A stretch of DNA of 64,000 nt from the human T2T-CHM13v2.0 reference genome, Homo sapiens, in the NCBI GenBank assembly GCA_009914755.4, contig CP068257.2, positions 8,224,001 to 8,288,000 on the forward strand. Reading direction: 5' to 3'. Positions 28,551 through 41,700 of the stretch are shown in pieces. The translations under genes and the position numbers were made by a program. The notes under the pieces are model-generated. The model searched no databases and had not been told where the DNA came from. It saw only the letters and a list, made by a program, of their open reading frames with translations. Position 1 is the first letter of the stretch. Each line of letters opens with the position of its first letter.

Positions 28551-29500
28551 AAGCACTTTCTTAGAATGCTTCTGTCTAGCTTTTATTTGAAGATATTTCC
28601 TTTTTCACCATAGGCTGCAAAGCACTCCAAATATCCCTTTCAGATTCTACAGAGAGAGTGTTTCAAAACTGTTCAATCAAAAGAGAAATTCAACTCTGGT
28701 GATGAATGCACGCATCACAGAGCAGTTTCTCATAATGTTTCTGTCTATTTTTTATGTGAAGTTATTTCATTTTCCACTATAGGCCGTAATGCACTCCTAA
28801 TATCCACTTGCAGATTCTACAAAAAGACTGTTTGCAAACTGCTCAAACAAAAGAAAAGTTCAACTCTGTGAGTTGAATGAGCACATCACAAAGAAGTTTC
28901 TCAGAATGCTTCTGTCTAGTTTTTATGTGAATATATTTCCTTTTCCACTATAGGCCGTAATGCGCTCCAAATATCCACCTGCAGATTCTACAAAAAGACT
29001 GTTTCCAAACTGCTCAATCAAAAGAAAAGTTCAACTCTGTGAGATGAATGAGCACATCACAAAGAAGTTTCTCAGAATGCTTCTATCTAGTTTTTATGTG
29101 AATATATTTCCTTTTCCACCACAGGCCACAAACACTCCAAATATCCACTTGAAGATTCTACAAAAAGAGTGCTTCAAAAATGCTCAATCAAAAGAAAGGT
29201 TCAACTCTTTGAGATGGATGCACACATCACAAAGAAGCTTCTCAGAATGTTTCTGTCTAGTTTTTTTGTGAAGATATTTCCTTTTCCACCGTAGTCCTCA
29301 AGTCTCTCCAAATATCTACTTTCAGAATCTCCAAAAAGAGTGTTTTAAAACTGCTGTACCAAAGAAAGTTTCATGTCTGAGATATGACTGCATACAACAC
29401 AGAGAAGTTTCTCAAAGTGCTTCTGTTTATTTTTTTTATGAAGATATTTCCTTTTCCACTATGGGCCACAGAGCGCTCCAAATATCCACTTGCAGATTCT
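28551..29500. repeat. HOR copy 8. It is 5'-truncated by the junction deletion, and the array terminates at HOR coordinate about 1240.
   Basis: 28960..29271 and 29384.. match copy 6 at 21976.. and 22400... Similarity to the HOR is lost from about 29490-29530 onward. Confidence 0.75.
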
Positions 29501-32500
29501 ACAAAAAGAGTGTTTCAAACCTGCTCAATCAAAAGGAAGATTTTACTCTATGAGATGAATGGACACATCACAGAGAAGTTTCTCAATATGCTTTTGTCTA
29601 GTTTTTATGTTAAGATGTTTCCTTTTCCATTCCATGAAGTAAAGTGATGCAAATATCCATTTGTAGATATTACAAAAAGACTGCTTCCAAACTCCTCGAT
29701 CAAAAGAAAGGTTCAACTCTGTGAGTTGAATGCACACATCACAAAAAATTTTCTCAGAATGCTTCTGTCTAGTTTTTATGTGAAGATATTTCCTTTTCCA
29801 CCATAGGCCTCAAAGCACTCAAAATGTCCGTTTGCAGACACTACAGAAAGACGCTTTCCAAGCAGCTCAATCAAAGGAAATGTTCAGCTCTGTGAATTGA
29901 ATGCACATCACAAAGTAGTTTCCCAGAATGTTTCTTTCCTGTATATATGTGAAGATATTTCCTTTTCCAATATAGGCCTCAAAGCACTCCAAATATCAAC
30001 TTGCAGATTCTGTGAAAAGGGTGTTTCAAACTTCCCAATCACAGGAAATGTTCAACTCTGTGAGATGAATGCACACAACATGAAGAATTTACTCAGAATG
30101 CTTCTGTCTGGTTTTTATTTGAAGATATTTCCTTATCCACTATAGGCCACAAAGCGCTCCATATATCCACTTGCAGATACTACAAAAAGAGTGTTTCCAA
30201 ACTGCTCAATCAAAAGAAAGGTTCAACTCCGTGAGTTGAATGCGCACATAACAAAGAATTTTCTCAGAATGCTTCTGTCTAGTTTTCATGTGAAGATATT
30301 TCCTTTTCCACCACATGCCTCAAAGCGCTCCAAAAATCCACAAGCAGATTCCATAAATAGAGTATTTCAAAACTGCTGAATCAAAAGAAAGTTTCAGCTC
30401 TGTGAGATGAATGCACACTTCACAATGAAGATTCTCAGAATGCTTCTGTCTAGTTTTTATGTGAAGATAATTCCTTTTCCACATTAGGCCTCAAAACTCT
30501 TCAAATATGCCTTGCAGATTCTACAAAAAGAGTGTTTCAAAACTGCTCAATCGAAAGAAAGGTTCAAGTCTGTGAGATGAATGCACATCTCAGAAAGACG
30601 TTTCTCAGAATGCTTCTGTCTAGTTTTTATTTGAAGATTTATCCTTTTCCACAATAGGCTGCAAAGTGCTCCAAATATCCACTTACAGATTCTTCAAAAA
30701 GAGTGTTTCCAGACTGCTCAATCAAAAGAAAGGTTCAACTCTGTTAGTTGAATGCACACATTACAACAAAGTTTATCAGAATGCTTCTGTCTAGTTTTTA
30801 GGTGAATATATTCCCTTTTAAACTGTAGTCTGCAAAGCACTCCAAATATTCACTTGCAGATTCTACAAAAAAAGTGATTCAAAATTGCTCAATCAAAAGA
30901 AGGGTTCAACAGTGTTAGTTGAATGCACACATCACAAAGAAGTTTCTCAGAATGCTTCTGTCTAGTTTTTATGTGAAGATATATCCTTTTCCACCGTAGG
31001 CCCCAAAGCACTCCAAATATCCACTGGTAGAGTCTACAAATGTGCGTTTCAATACTACTCAATCAAAAGAAACGTTCAACTTTGTGAGATGAAAGCACGC
31101 ATCACAAAGTTGTTTCTCAGAATGCTCTGTCTAGTTTTTATGTGAAGATATTTCCTTTTATACCATAGGCCCCAAAGTGTTCCAAATATCCACCTTCAGA
31201 TTCTACAAAAAGTGTGTTTCAAAACTGCTCAACCAAAAGAAAGGTTCAAACCTGTGAGATGAATGCACACATCACAAAGGAGTTTCTCAGAATGCTTCTG
31301 TCTAGTTTTTGTGTGAAGTTATTTCCTTTACCACCATAGGACTGAAAGAGCTCCAAATGTCCACTTGCAGAATCTACAAAAAGAGTGTTTCAAAATTGCT
31401 CAATCAAAATAAAAGTTCAACTCTGTTAGAAGAATGCACACATCACAAAAATTTCACAGAATGCTTCTGTCTATTTTTTATGTGAAGATATTTCCTTTTC
31501 CACTTGAGACTGGAAAGAGCTTCAAATATCCAATTGCAGATTCTGCAAAAGAGTGTTTCAAAACTGCTCAATCAAAGGAAAGGTACAATTCAGTGAACTG
31601 AATGTGCACATCAGAAGGAAGTTTCTTAGAATACCTCTGTGCAGTTATTATGTGAAGATATTTACTTTTCCACCATAGGCCCCAAGGCTCTCCAAATATC
31701 CAATTGCAGATTCAACAAAAAGTGTGTTTCAAAACTGCTCAATCAAAAGAAAGGTTCAACTCTGTGGGAGGAATGCTCACATCACACACAGGTTTCTCAG
31801 AATGCTTCTGTCTTTTTTCTGTGTGAAGATATTTCCTTTTCCACTAGAGGATGCAAAGCGCTCAAAATATCCACTTGCAGATTTTACAAAAGGGTGTTTC
31901 TAAAATGCTAAATCAAAATAGTTTCAAGTCTGTGAGATGAATGCATATATCCCAAAGAAGTTTCTCAGAATGCTTCTGTCTAGTTTTTATGTGAAGATAT
32001 AAAATTTTCCACTATAGGCCACAAAGCGCTTCAAATATCCACTTGCATATTCTTCAAAAAGAGTGTTTCAAAAGTGATGAATCAAAAGAAAAGTTCAACT
32101 GTGTGAGATGAATGCACACATCACAAAGAAGTTTCTCAGAATGCTTCTGTCTAGTTTTATGTGCAGATATTTCCTCTACAATAGGGAACAAAGCACTCCA
32201 AATATCCACTTACAGATTCTACAAAAGCGGTGTTTCAAAACTGCTCAATCAAAACAAAGTTTCAACTCTGTGAGATCATTGCACACATCATAAAGAAGTT
32301 TCTCAGAATGCTTCTGTGTAGTTTTTATGTGAAGATATTTCCTTTTCCACCATAGGCCTCAAAGTGTTCCATATATCTACCTGCAGATTCTAGAAAAAGA
32401 GTGTTTCAAAACTACTTAATCAAAAGAAAGGTTCAACCCAGTGAGATGAATGCACTCGTCACAGAGAAGATTCCCAGAATGCTTCTGTCTAGTTTTTATG

Positions 32501-32989
32501 TGAAGATATTTCCTTTTTCACTATAGGAGGCAAAGCTTTCCAAATATCCAATTGCGGATTCCACAAAAAAAGTGTTCCAAAACTGCTCAATGAAAGGAAA
32601 TGTTGAATTATGTGAGATAAAAGCACACATCATAAAGGAGTTTCTAAGAATGCTTTTGTCTGGTTTTTATGTGAAGATATTTCCTTTTCAACTATAGGCC
32701 TCAAAGCGCTCCAAATATACATTTGCAGATGCTACAAAAAGAATGTTTCCAAACTCCTCAAAGATATGTTCAACTTTGTGAGTTGAATGCACATATCACA
32801 AAGTAGTTTCTCAGAATGCTTCTGTCCAGATTTTATTTGAAGATATTTCCTTTACCAACATAGGCCTCAAAGCTCTCCAAATATCGAATTGCAGATTCCA
32901 CAAAAACAGTGTTTGAATACTGCTCAAACAAAAGAAAGGTTCAACCCTGTGAGATGAATGCATACATCACACAGAAGTTTCTCAGAATG

Positions 32990-35760
32990 CTTCTGTGTAG
33001 TTTTTATGTGAAGATATTTCCTTTACCACCATAAGCCTCAAAGAACTCCAAATATCCACTTACAGATTCTACAAAAAGAGTGCTTCAAAACTGCTCAACC
33101 AAAAGAAAGGTTCAACTCTTTGTGATGAATGCACACATCACAAAGTAATTTTTCAGAATGCTTCTGTCTAGTTTTTATGTGAATATACATCCTTTTCCAC
33201 TATAGGCCACAAAGTGCTCCAAACACCCACTTGCGGATTCTACAAAAAGAGTGTTTTAAACCTCCTCAACAAAAAAGTTTCAACTCTGTGAGGTGAATGC
33301 ACACCTCACAAAGAACATTCTCAGAATGCTTCTCTCTAGTTTTTATGTGAAGATATTTGCTTTTCCACCATAGGCCACAAGGCGCGCCAAGTATCCACTT
33401 GCAGATTTTACAAAAATAGTGTTTCAAAACTGCTCAAACAAAAGAAAGGTTCAACTCTGTGAGTTGAATGCACACATCACAAAGAAGTTTCTCAGAATGC
33501 TGCTGTCTAGCTTTTATCCAAAGTTATTTCCTTTTCCACTATACTCCACAAAGCCCTCTGAATATCCACTTGCAGATTCTACAAAAGAAGTGTTTCAAAA
33601 CTGCACAATCAAAAGAAAGTTTCGACTCTGTGAGTTGTATGCACACATCAGAAAGAAGTTTCTCAGAATGCTTTTGTGTAGTTTTTATGTGAAGATATTT
33701 CCTTTTCCACCATAGGCACCAAAGCTCTCCAAATATCCACTTGCAGATTATACAAAAAGAGGGATTCAAAACTGCTCAATCAAAAGAAAGGTTCAACTCT
33801 GTGAGTTGAAGGCACACATAACAAAACCGTTTCTCAGAATGCTTCTCCATAGTTTTTATATGAAGATATTTCCATTTCCACCATTCTCTCCAAAGTGCTC
33901 CAAATATCCACTTGCAGATTCTATAAAAAGAGTGTTTCAAAACTGCTCAATGAAAAGAAAGTTTCACCTCTGTTAGATGAATGGACACATCACAAAGACG
34001 TTTCTCAGAATGCTTCTGTCTAGTGTTTACGTGAAGATATTTCCTTTTCCACCACACGACTCAAAGCACTCTAAATATGCACTTGCAGATTCTACCAAAA
34101 GAGTGTTTCAAAAATGTTCAATCAAAGGAAAGTTTCAAATCTGTGAGATGTACGCACACATCACAAAGAAGTTTCTCAGAATGCTTCTGCCTTGTTTTTA
34201 TGAGAAGATAATTCTTTTCCACCATAGGCCCCAAAGGGCTCCAAATATCCACCGCAGATCCTACAAAAAGTGTTTAAAAAATGCTAAGTCAATAGAAAGT
34301 TTAAACTCTGTGAGATGTATGCACACATAACAAAGAAGTTTCTCAGAATGCTTCTCTCTAATTTTTATGTGAGGATATTTCCTTCTCCACCATAGGCCTG
34401 AAAGCACTCGAAATATCCCCTGGCAGATCCTAAAAAAAAGAGCGATTCAAAACTGCTCAATCAAAAGAAATTTTCAAATCTGAGATGAATGCGCACATCA
34501 CAAAGAAGTTTCTCAGGGTACTTCTGTCTAGTTTTTATGTGAAGATATTTCCTTTTCCACCATACTCATCAAAGTGTTCCAAATATCCACTTGCACATTC
34601 TACAAAGAGAGTGTTTCAAAACTGCTCAATCAAAAGAATGGTCCAACTATGTGAGATGAATGCACACATCACAAAGAAGTATCTCAGAATGCTTCTGTGT
34701 AGTTTTTATGTGAAGATATTTCCTTTACCACCATAGGCCTCAAAGCGCTCCAAATATCCACTTACAGATTCTCCAAAAAGCGTGTTTCAAAACTGCTCAA
34801 TCAAAAGAAAGGTTGAACTTTTTGAGATGAATGCACACATCAAAAATAAGTTTTTCAGAATGCTTCTGTCTAGTTTTTATGTGAATATACATCCTTTTCC
34901 ACTATAGGCCACAAAATGTTCCAAACACCCGCTTTCAGACTCTACAAAAAGAGTGTTTCAAACCTCCTCAATAAAAAAAGTTAAAACTCTGTGATGTGAA
35001 TGAACACAGCACAAAGAAGATTCTCAGAATACTTCTGTCTAGTTGTTACGTGAATATATTTGCTTTTCCACCATAGGCCGCAAAGTGCACCAAATATCCA
35101 CTTGCAGATTTTACAAAAGCAGTGTTTCAAAACTGCTCAATCAAAAGAAAGTTTCAACTCTGTGAGTTGAATGCACACATCACAAAGAAGTTTCTCAGAA
35201 TGCGTCTGTCTAGCTTTTATGCAAAGTTATTTCCTTTTCCACAATACTCCACAAAGCCCTCTGAGTATCTACTTGCAGATTCTACAAAAAGAGTGTTTCA
35301 AAACTGCATATTCAAAAGAATGGTTCAACTCTGCGAGTTGTATGCACACATCACAAAGAAGTTTCTCAGAGTGCTTTTGTATAGTTTTTATGTGAAGATA
35401 TTTCTTTTCACCAGAGGCCCCAAAATGCTCCAAATATCCACTTGCAGATTTTACAAAAAGAGGGATTCAAAACTGCTCAATCAAAAGAAAGGTTCAACTC
35501 TGTGAGTTGAATGCACACATCACAAAGACGTTTCTCACAATGCTTCTCCATAGTTTTTATATGAAGATATTTCCATTTTCACCATTCTCTCCAAAGCGTT
35601 CCAAATATCCACTTGCAGATTCTACAAAAAGAGTGTTTCAAAACTATTCAATCGAATTAAAGTTTCTTCTCTTTGAGAAGAATGCACATATCACAAAGAA
35701 GTTTCTCAGAATGCTTCTGTGTAGTTTTTATGTGAAGGTATTTCCTTTTACACCATAGGT
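32990..35760. repeat. Relic periodicity of about 1.7 kb (10 monomers) within the monomeric alpha satellite, about 90% identity between repeats
   Basis: 33170-33700 aligns to 34870-35400, and 33977.. aligns to 35507.. (ORFs 33419/35122 and 33468/35171 are homologous) at an offset of about 1,703 bp, with many substitutions. Confidence 0.6.
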
Positions 35761-38700
35761 CAAAAAGGGCTCCAAATATTCACTTGCAGATTCTACATAA
35801 AGAGAGTTTCAAAACTCCTCTATCAAAAGATAGGTACAACGCTGAGTTCAATGCACACATCTCAAAGAAGTTTCTCAGAATGCTTCTGTTTAGTTTTTAT
35901 GTGAAGATATTTCCATTTCTACAATAGGCCTCAAAACGCTCCAAGTATCCACTTGTAGATTTTACTAAAAGAGTGTTTCCAACTGTTCAATCAAAATAAA
36001 TTTACAACTGTGAGATGAATGCACAAGTCACACAGAACTTTCTCATAATGCTTCTGTGTAGTTTTTATGTGAAGATATTTCCTTTTCCACAATGGGCCTC
36101 AAAGTGCTCTATGAGATGAATGCACACGTCAAAAGACATTTCTCAGAATGCTTCTGTGTAGTTTTTATGTGAAGATATTTCCTTTTCCACCATAGGCCAC
36201 AAAGGCCTCCAAATATCCACTTGCAGATTCTACAAAAAGAGAGTTTCAAAATTGCTCAAACAAAAGATAGGTTCAACTCTGTGATCTGAATGCACTCATC
36301 ACAAACAAGCTCTTCAGAATGCTTCTGTGTAGTTTTTATGTGAAGATATTTCCTTTTCCACAATAGGCCTCTAAGCACTACAAATATCCACTTGCAGATT
36401 CTACAAATAGTGGTTTTCAAAACTGCTCAATCAATAGAAATCTTCATCAACGTGTGTTGAACGAACATGTCACAAAGAAGTTTCTCAGAATGCTTCTGTG
36501 TAGCTTTATATGAAGATATTTCCTTTTCCACCATAGGCCTCAGTGCACTCCAAATATCTACTTGCAGATTATACAAAAAGTGTGTTTCAAAATTGCTCAA
36601 TCAAAAGAAAGTTGAACTCTGTGAGATGAATCCACACATTGCAAAGAAGTTTCTCAGAATGCATCTGTGTTGTTTTTATGTGAAGATATTTTCTTTTCCA
36701 CAATAGGCCTCAAGGGGCTCCAAATATCCACTTGCAGATTCTACAAAAAGACTGTTTCAAAACTGCTCAGTGAAAAGAAAGGTTCAACTCTCTGAGATGA
36801 ATGCACACATGACAATGAAGTTTCTCAGAATGCTTCTGTGTAGTTTTTATGGGAAGTTATTTCCTTTTCCACCAGAAGCCACAAAGGGCTCCAAATATCC
36901 ACTTGCAGATTCTACAAAAAGAGAGTTTGAAAACTGTGCAATTAAAAGATAGGTTCAAATTTGTGATTTGAAGGCACACATCAGAAAGAAGTTTCTCAGA
37001 ATGCTTCTGTGTAGATTTTATGTGAAGATATATCCTTTTCCACCATAGGCCTCAATGTGCTCCAAATATCCACTTAGAGATATTACAAAAACAGTGTTTG
37101 AAAACTGCTCAATAAAAAGAAAAGTTCAACTCTGTGAGATGAACACACACATCGCAGAAAGTTTGTCTGAATGTTTCTGTGTTGTTTTCATGTGAATATA
37201 TTTCCTTTTCCACAATAGGCCTCAAAGTGCTCCAAATATCCACTTGCAGATTCTACAAAAAAGAATGTGTCAAAACTGCTCAATCAAAAGCAATGTTCAA
37301 CTCCTTGAGATTAATGTACACATCACAAAAAAGTTTCTCAGAATGCTTCCATGTAGTTTTTATGTGAAGTCATTTCCTTTTCCAACACAGGACTCAAAAG
37401 GCTCCAAATATCCACTTGAAGATTCTACAAAAATAATGTTTCAAAACGCTCAATCAAAAGAAATGTTGAACTCTGTGAAATGAATGCACACATAACCAAG
37501 AAATTTTTTCAGAATGCTTCTGTGTAGCTTTTAAGCGAAGATATTACATTTTCCACCACAGGCTGCAACAGGCTCTAAATATCCACTTGCAGATTCTACA
37601 AAAAGAGATTTTCAAAGCTTCTCAATAAAAAGATAAGTTCAACTCTGTGAGTTGAATGCACACATCACAAAGAAGTTTCTTTGAATGCTTCTGTGTAGTT
37701 TTTATGTGAAGATATTACCTTTTACACCATAGGCCTCAAAGCGCTCCAAATATCCACCTGCAGATTCCAAAAAAAGAGAGTTTCAAAACTGCTTATCAAA
37801 AGACAGGTTCAACTCCGTGAGTTGAATGCACACATCACAAATAAGTTTCTCAGAATGCTTCTGTGTATTTTTTATAGGAAGATATTTCCTTTTCCTCAAT
37901 ATGCCACATAGCACTGCAAATATCCACTTGCAGATCGCACTAAGAGTATTTCCAAACTGCACAGTCAAAAGAAAGGTGAAATGAATGCACATATTGCAAA
38001 AAGTATCTCAGACTCTTTTGTGTAGTTTTTATTTGAAGATATTTTCTTTTCCACAATAGGCCTCAAAGCTCTCCAAAGATCCACTTGCAAATTCTACAAA
38101 AGAGTGTTTCAAAACTGCTCCATCAAAAGAAAGATTCAACTCTGTCAGATGAATGCGCACATCACAAGATAGTTTGTCAGAATGCTTCTGTGTAGTTTTT
38201 ATGTGAAGATATTTCCTCTTCCACCTTAGGCCGCAAAAGGCTCCACATATCCACTTGCAGTTTCTGAAAAAATAATGTTTCCAAACTGGTCAATCAAAAG
38301 AAAGTTTCAACTCTGTGAGTTGAATGCACACATCATAAAGAAGTTTCACAGAATTCTCCTGTGTAGTTTCTATGTGAAGATATTTCCTTTTCCACAATAG
38401 GCCTCAAAGCGTTCCAAGTATCCACTTGCAGATTATACAAAAAGATTGTTTCAAAACTGCTCAATCAAAAGATTGGTTCAACTCTGTGAGAGGAATGCAC
38501 ACATCCCAAATAAGTTTCTCAGAATGTTTCTGTGTAGTTTTTATGTGATAATATTTCCTTTTTCCACCGTAGGCTGCAAAGGGTTACAAATATACACTTG
38601 CAGAGTATCCAATAAGAGAGGTTCGAAAGTGCTCAATCAAAAAATAGGTTGAATTCTGTGAGTTCAATGCACACATCACAAAGAAGTTGCTCAGAATTCT

Positions 38701-41700
38701 ATTGTGTAGTTTTTATGTGAAGATATTTAATTTTGCAAAATAGGCCTCAAAGCACACCAAGTATCCAATGGCAGATTCTACAATAAGAGTGTTTTAAATC
38801 TGTTCAATCAAAAGAAAGGTTCAACTCTGTGAGATGAATACACACATCACAAAGAAGTTTCTCAGAATGCTTCTGTGTAGTTTTTATGTGAAGATATTTC
38901 CTTTTCCAAAATAGGCCTTAAAGCCCCCGAAGTATCCACTTGCAGATTCTACAAAAAGACTCTTTCAACACTGCTCAATCAAAAGAAAGCTTCAACTCTG
39001 TGAGATGAAGGCACACATCACAAATAAGTTTCTCAGAATGCTTCTGGGTAGTTTTTATGTGAAGAAATTTGCTTTTCCAAAATAGGCCCCAAAGCCATCC
39101 AAATATCCACTTTCAGATTCTCCTAAAGGGATTTTCCAAACTGCTCAATCAAAAGAAAGGTTCAACACTGTGAGATGAAAGCACACATAACAAAGAAGTT
39201 TCTCTGAATTCTTCTGTGTAGTTTTTATGTGAAGATATTTCCTTTTCCACCATAGGCCACAAAGGGCTCCAAATATCCACTTGCAGATTTGACAAAAAGA
39301 GAGATTCAAAACTGCTCAATCAAAAGATAGTTTCAACTCTGTGAGTTGAATGCACACATCACAAAGAAGTTTCTCTGAATGCTTTTGCTTAATTTCTATG
39401 TGAAGATATTCCCTTTTCTACCACAGGCATCAAAACGCTCCAAATATCCACTTGAAGATTCTACAAAAAGAGTGTTTCCAATCTGCTCATTCAAAAGAAA
39501 GGTTAAAATCTGTGAGATGAATTCACACATCACAAAGAAGTTTCTCAGAATGCATCTGCGTAGTTTTTATGTGGAGATATTTCCTTTTCTACCTTAGGCC
39601 TCAAAGTGCTCCAAATATCCACTTGCATATGCTACAAAAAGAGTGTTTCAAAACTGCTCAATCAAAACATATGTTCAGCTCTGTGAGATGAAAGCACACA
39701 TCACAAAGACGTTTTTGAGAACGCTTCTGTGTAGTTTTGATGGGAAGATAGTTCCTTTTTCACAATAGGCCTCAAAGCGCTCCAAATATCCAGTTTCAGA
39801 TTCTTCAAAAAGAGTGTTTCAAAACTGCTCAATGAAAAGAAAGATTCAACTCTGTGAGATGAATGCACACATCACAATGTAGTTTCTCAGAATGCTTCTG
39901 TGTAGTTTTTATGTGAAGATATTTCCTTTTCCACAATAGACCTCAAATCTCTCCAAATATCTACTTCCTGATTCTACAAAAAGTGTTTTTCCAAACTTCT
40001 CAATCAAAAGCAACGTTCAACTCTTTGAGATTAATGCACACATCCAAAGAAGTTTCTCAGAATGCTTCTGTGTAGTTTTTATGTGAACATATTTCCTTTT
40101 CCACCATTGGCCACAATCGGCTCCTTATACCCACTTCCAGATTCTACAAAAAGAGAGTGTCAAAACTGCTCAATCAAAAGATCAGTTCAACTCTGTGAGT
40201 TGAATGCAGACATCACAAAGGAGTTTCTCAGAATGTCTCTGTGTAGTTTTTAGGTGAAGATCTTTCATTTTCTACAATAGGCCTAAATGTGCTCCAAGTA
40301 TCCACTTGCAGATTCTACAAAAGGAGTTTTTCAAAACTGCTCAAACAAAAGAAAGGTTCAACTTTGTGAGATGAATGCATACATCCCAGAGAAGTTTCTC
40401 AGAATGCTTCTGTGTAGTTTTTATGTGAATGTATCTCCTGTTTCACCATATGCCGCAAAGGGCTCCAAATAGCAACTTGCAGTTTCTACAAAAAGAGTGT
40501 TTCAAAACTTCTCAATCAAAACAAATTTCAACTCTTTGAGATTAATGCATGACTCACAAAGAAGTTTCTCAGAATGTTTCTGTGTAGTTTCTATCTAAAG
40601 ATATTTCCTTTTCTAATATAGGCTGCAAAGGGCTCCAAATATCCAGTTGCGTATTCTACAAAAACAGTGTTTCAAAACTGCACAATCAAAAGAAAAGTTC
40701 ATCTCTGTGAGATGAAAGCACACATCACAAAGTTTCTCAGAATGCTTCCGTGTAGTTTTTATGTGAAGATATTCTCTTTTCCACAACAGGCTTGAAATCC
40801 CTCCAAGTATCCACTTGCAGATTCTACAAAGAGAGTGTTTCAAAACTGCTCAATCATAAGAAAGGTTCAAATCTATGAGATGAATGCACACATCACAAAG
40901 AAGATTCTCAGAATGCTTCTGTGTAGTATTTGTATCAGGATATTTCCTTTTCCTCCATAGGATACAAAGGGTTTCAAATATCCACTTGCAGATTCTACAA
41001 AAAGAGAAATTCAAAACTGCTCAATCAAAAGATAGGTACAACTCTGTGAGTTGAATGCACACATCACAAAGAAGTTTCTTTGAATGCTTCTTTGTAGTTT
41101 TTATGGGAAGATAAATCCTTTTCCACCATAGGCCTAAAATATCTCCAAATATCCACTTGCAGATTCTACAAAGCCAATGTTTCAAATCTGATCAATCATA
41201 AGATAGGTTAAACTCTGTGAGATGAAAGCGCACATCACAAAAAAGTTTCTCAGAATGCTTCTGTATAGTTTTTATTTGAAGATATTCCCTTTTTCTCCAT
41301 TGGCCACTAAGATCTCCCAATATCCACCTGCAGATTCTACAAAAAGAGAGATTCAAAACTACTCAAGCAAAAGATAAGTTCAATTCTGTGAGTTTAATGC
41401 ATACATAAAAAAGAAGTTTCTCAGAATGCTTCTGTGTAGTTTTTATTTGAAGATATTTCCTTTTCCACCATAGGCTGCAAAGGGCTCAAAATATCCACTT
41501 GCTGATTTTACAAAAAGAGAGATTCAAAACTGCTCAATCAAAAGGTATGTTGAAATCTATGCGTTGAATGCACTCATCACAAGGAAGTTCTCAGAATGCT
41601 TTTGTCTAGTGTTTATGTGAAGATATTTCCTTTTCCACAAAAAGCCTCAAAACGCTCCAAATATCCACTTGCAGATTCTACAAACAGGTTATTTCAAAAC

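Larger units (their letters stand above)
1..29500. repeat. Alpha-satellite higher-order repeat (HOR) array, unit about 3,915 bp (about 23 monomers of about 171 bp). It holds 7 full or near-full copies plus a truncated 8th, and continues beyond the left window edge. Orientation is the reverse complement of the standard alphoid consensus.
   Basis: 171-bp periodicity with typical alphoid motifs (tgtgaagatatttcc, ataggcctcaaagc, ctgtgagatgaatgcacacatcacaaagaagtttctcagaatgcttctgtctag). Position 1 onward matches position 3916 onward almost base for base. ORF-track entries recur every 3,913-3,915 bp (701/4616/12445; 3898/7813/11727/15640) with near-identical translations. Confidence 0.92.

Noticed and set aside
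29615-29650. ccattccatgaagtaaagtgatgc resembling the (CATTC)n motif of HSATII/III
   Set aside because: It is a single occurrence embedded in an otherwise alphoid monomer at the HOR/monomeric junction. There is no pentameric tandem structure.
36040-36135. Abnormally short monomer (about 96 bp) lacking the central about 75 bp
   Set aside because: It is an internal deletion within a single divergent monomer. It is common in old monomeric alpha satellite and has no further structure.
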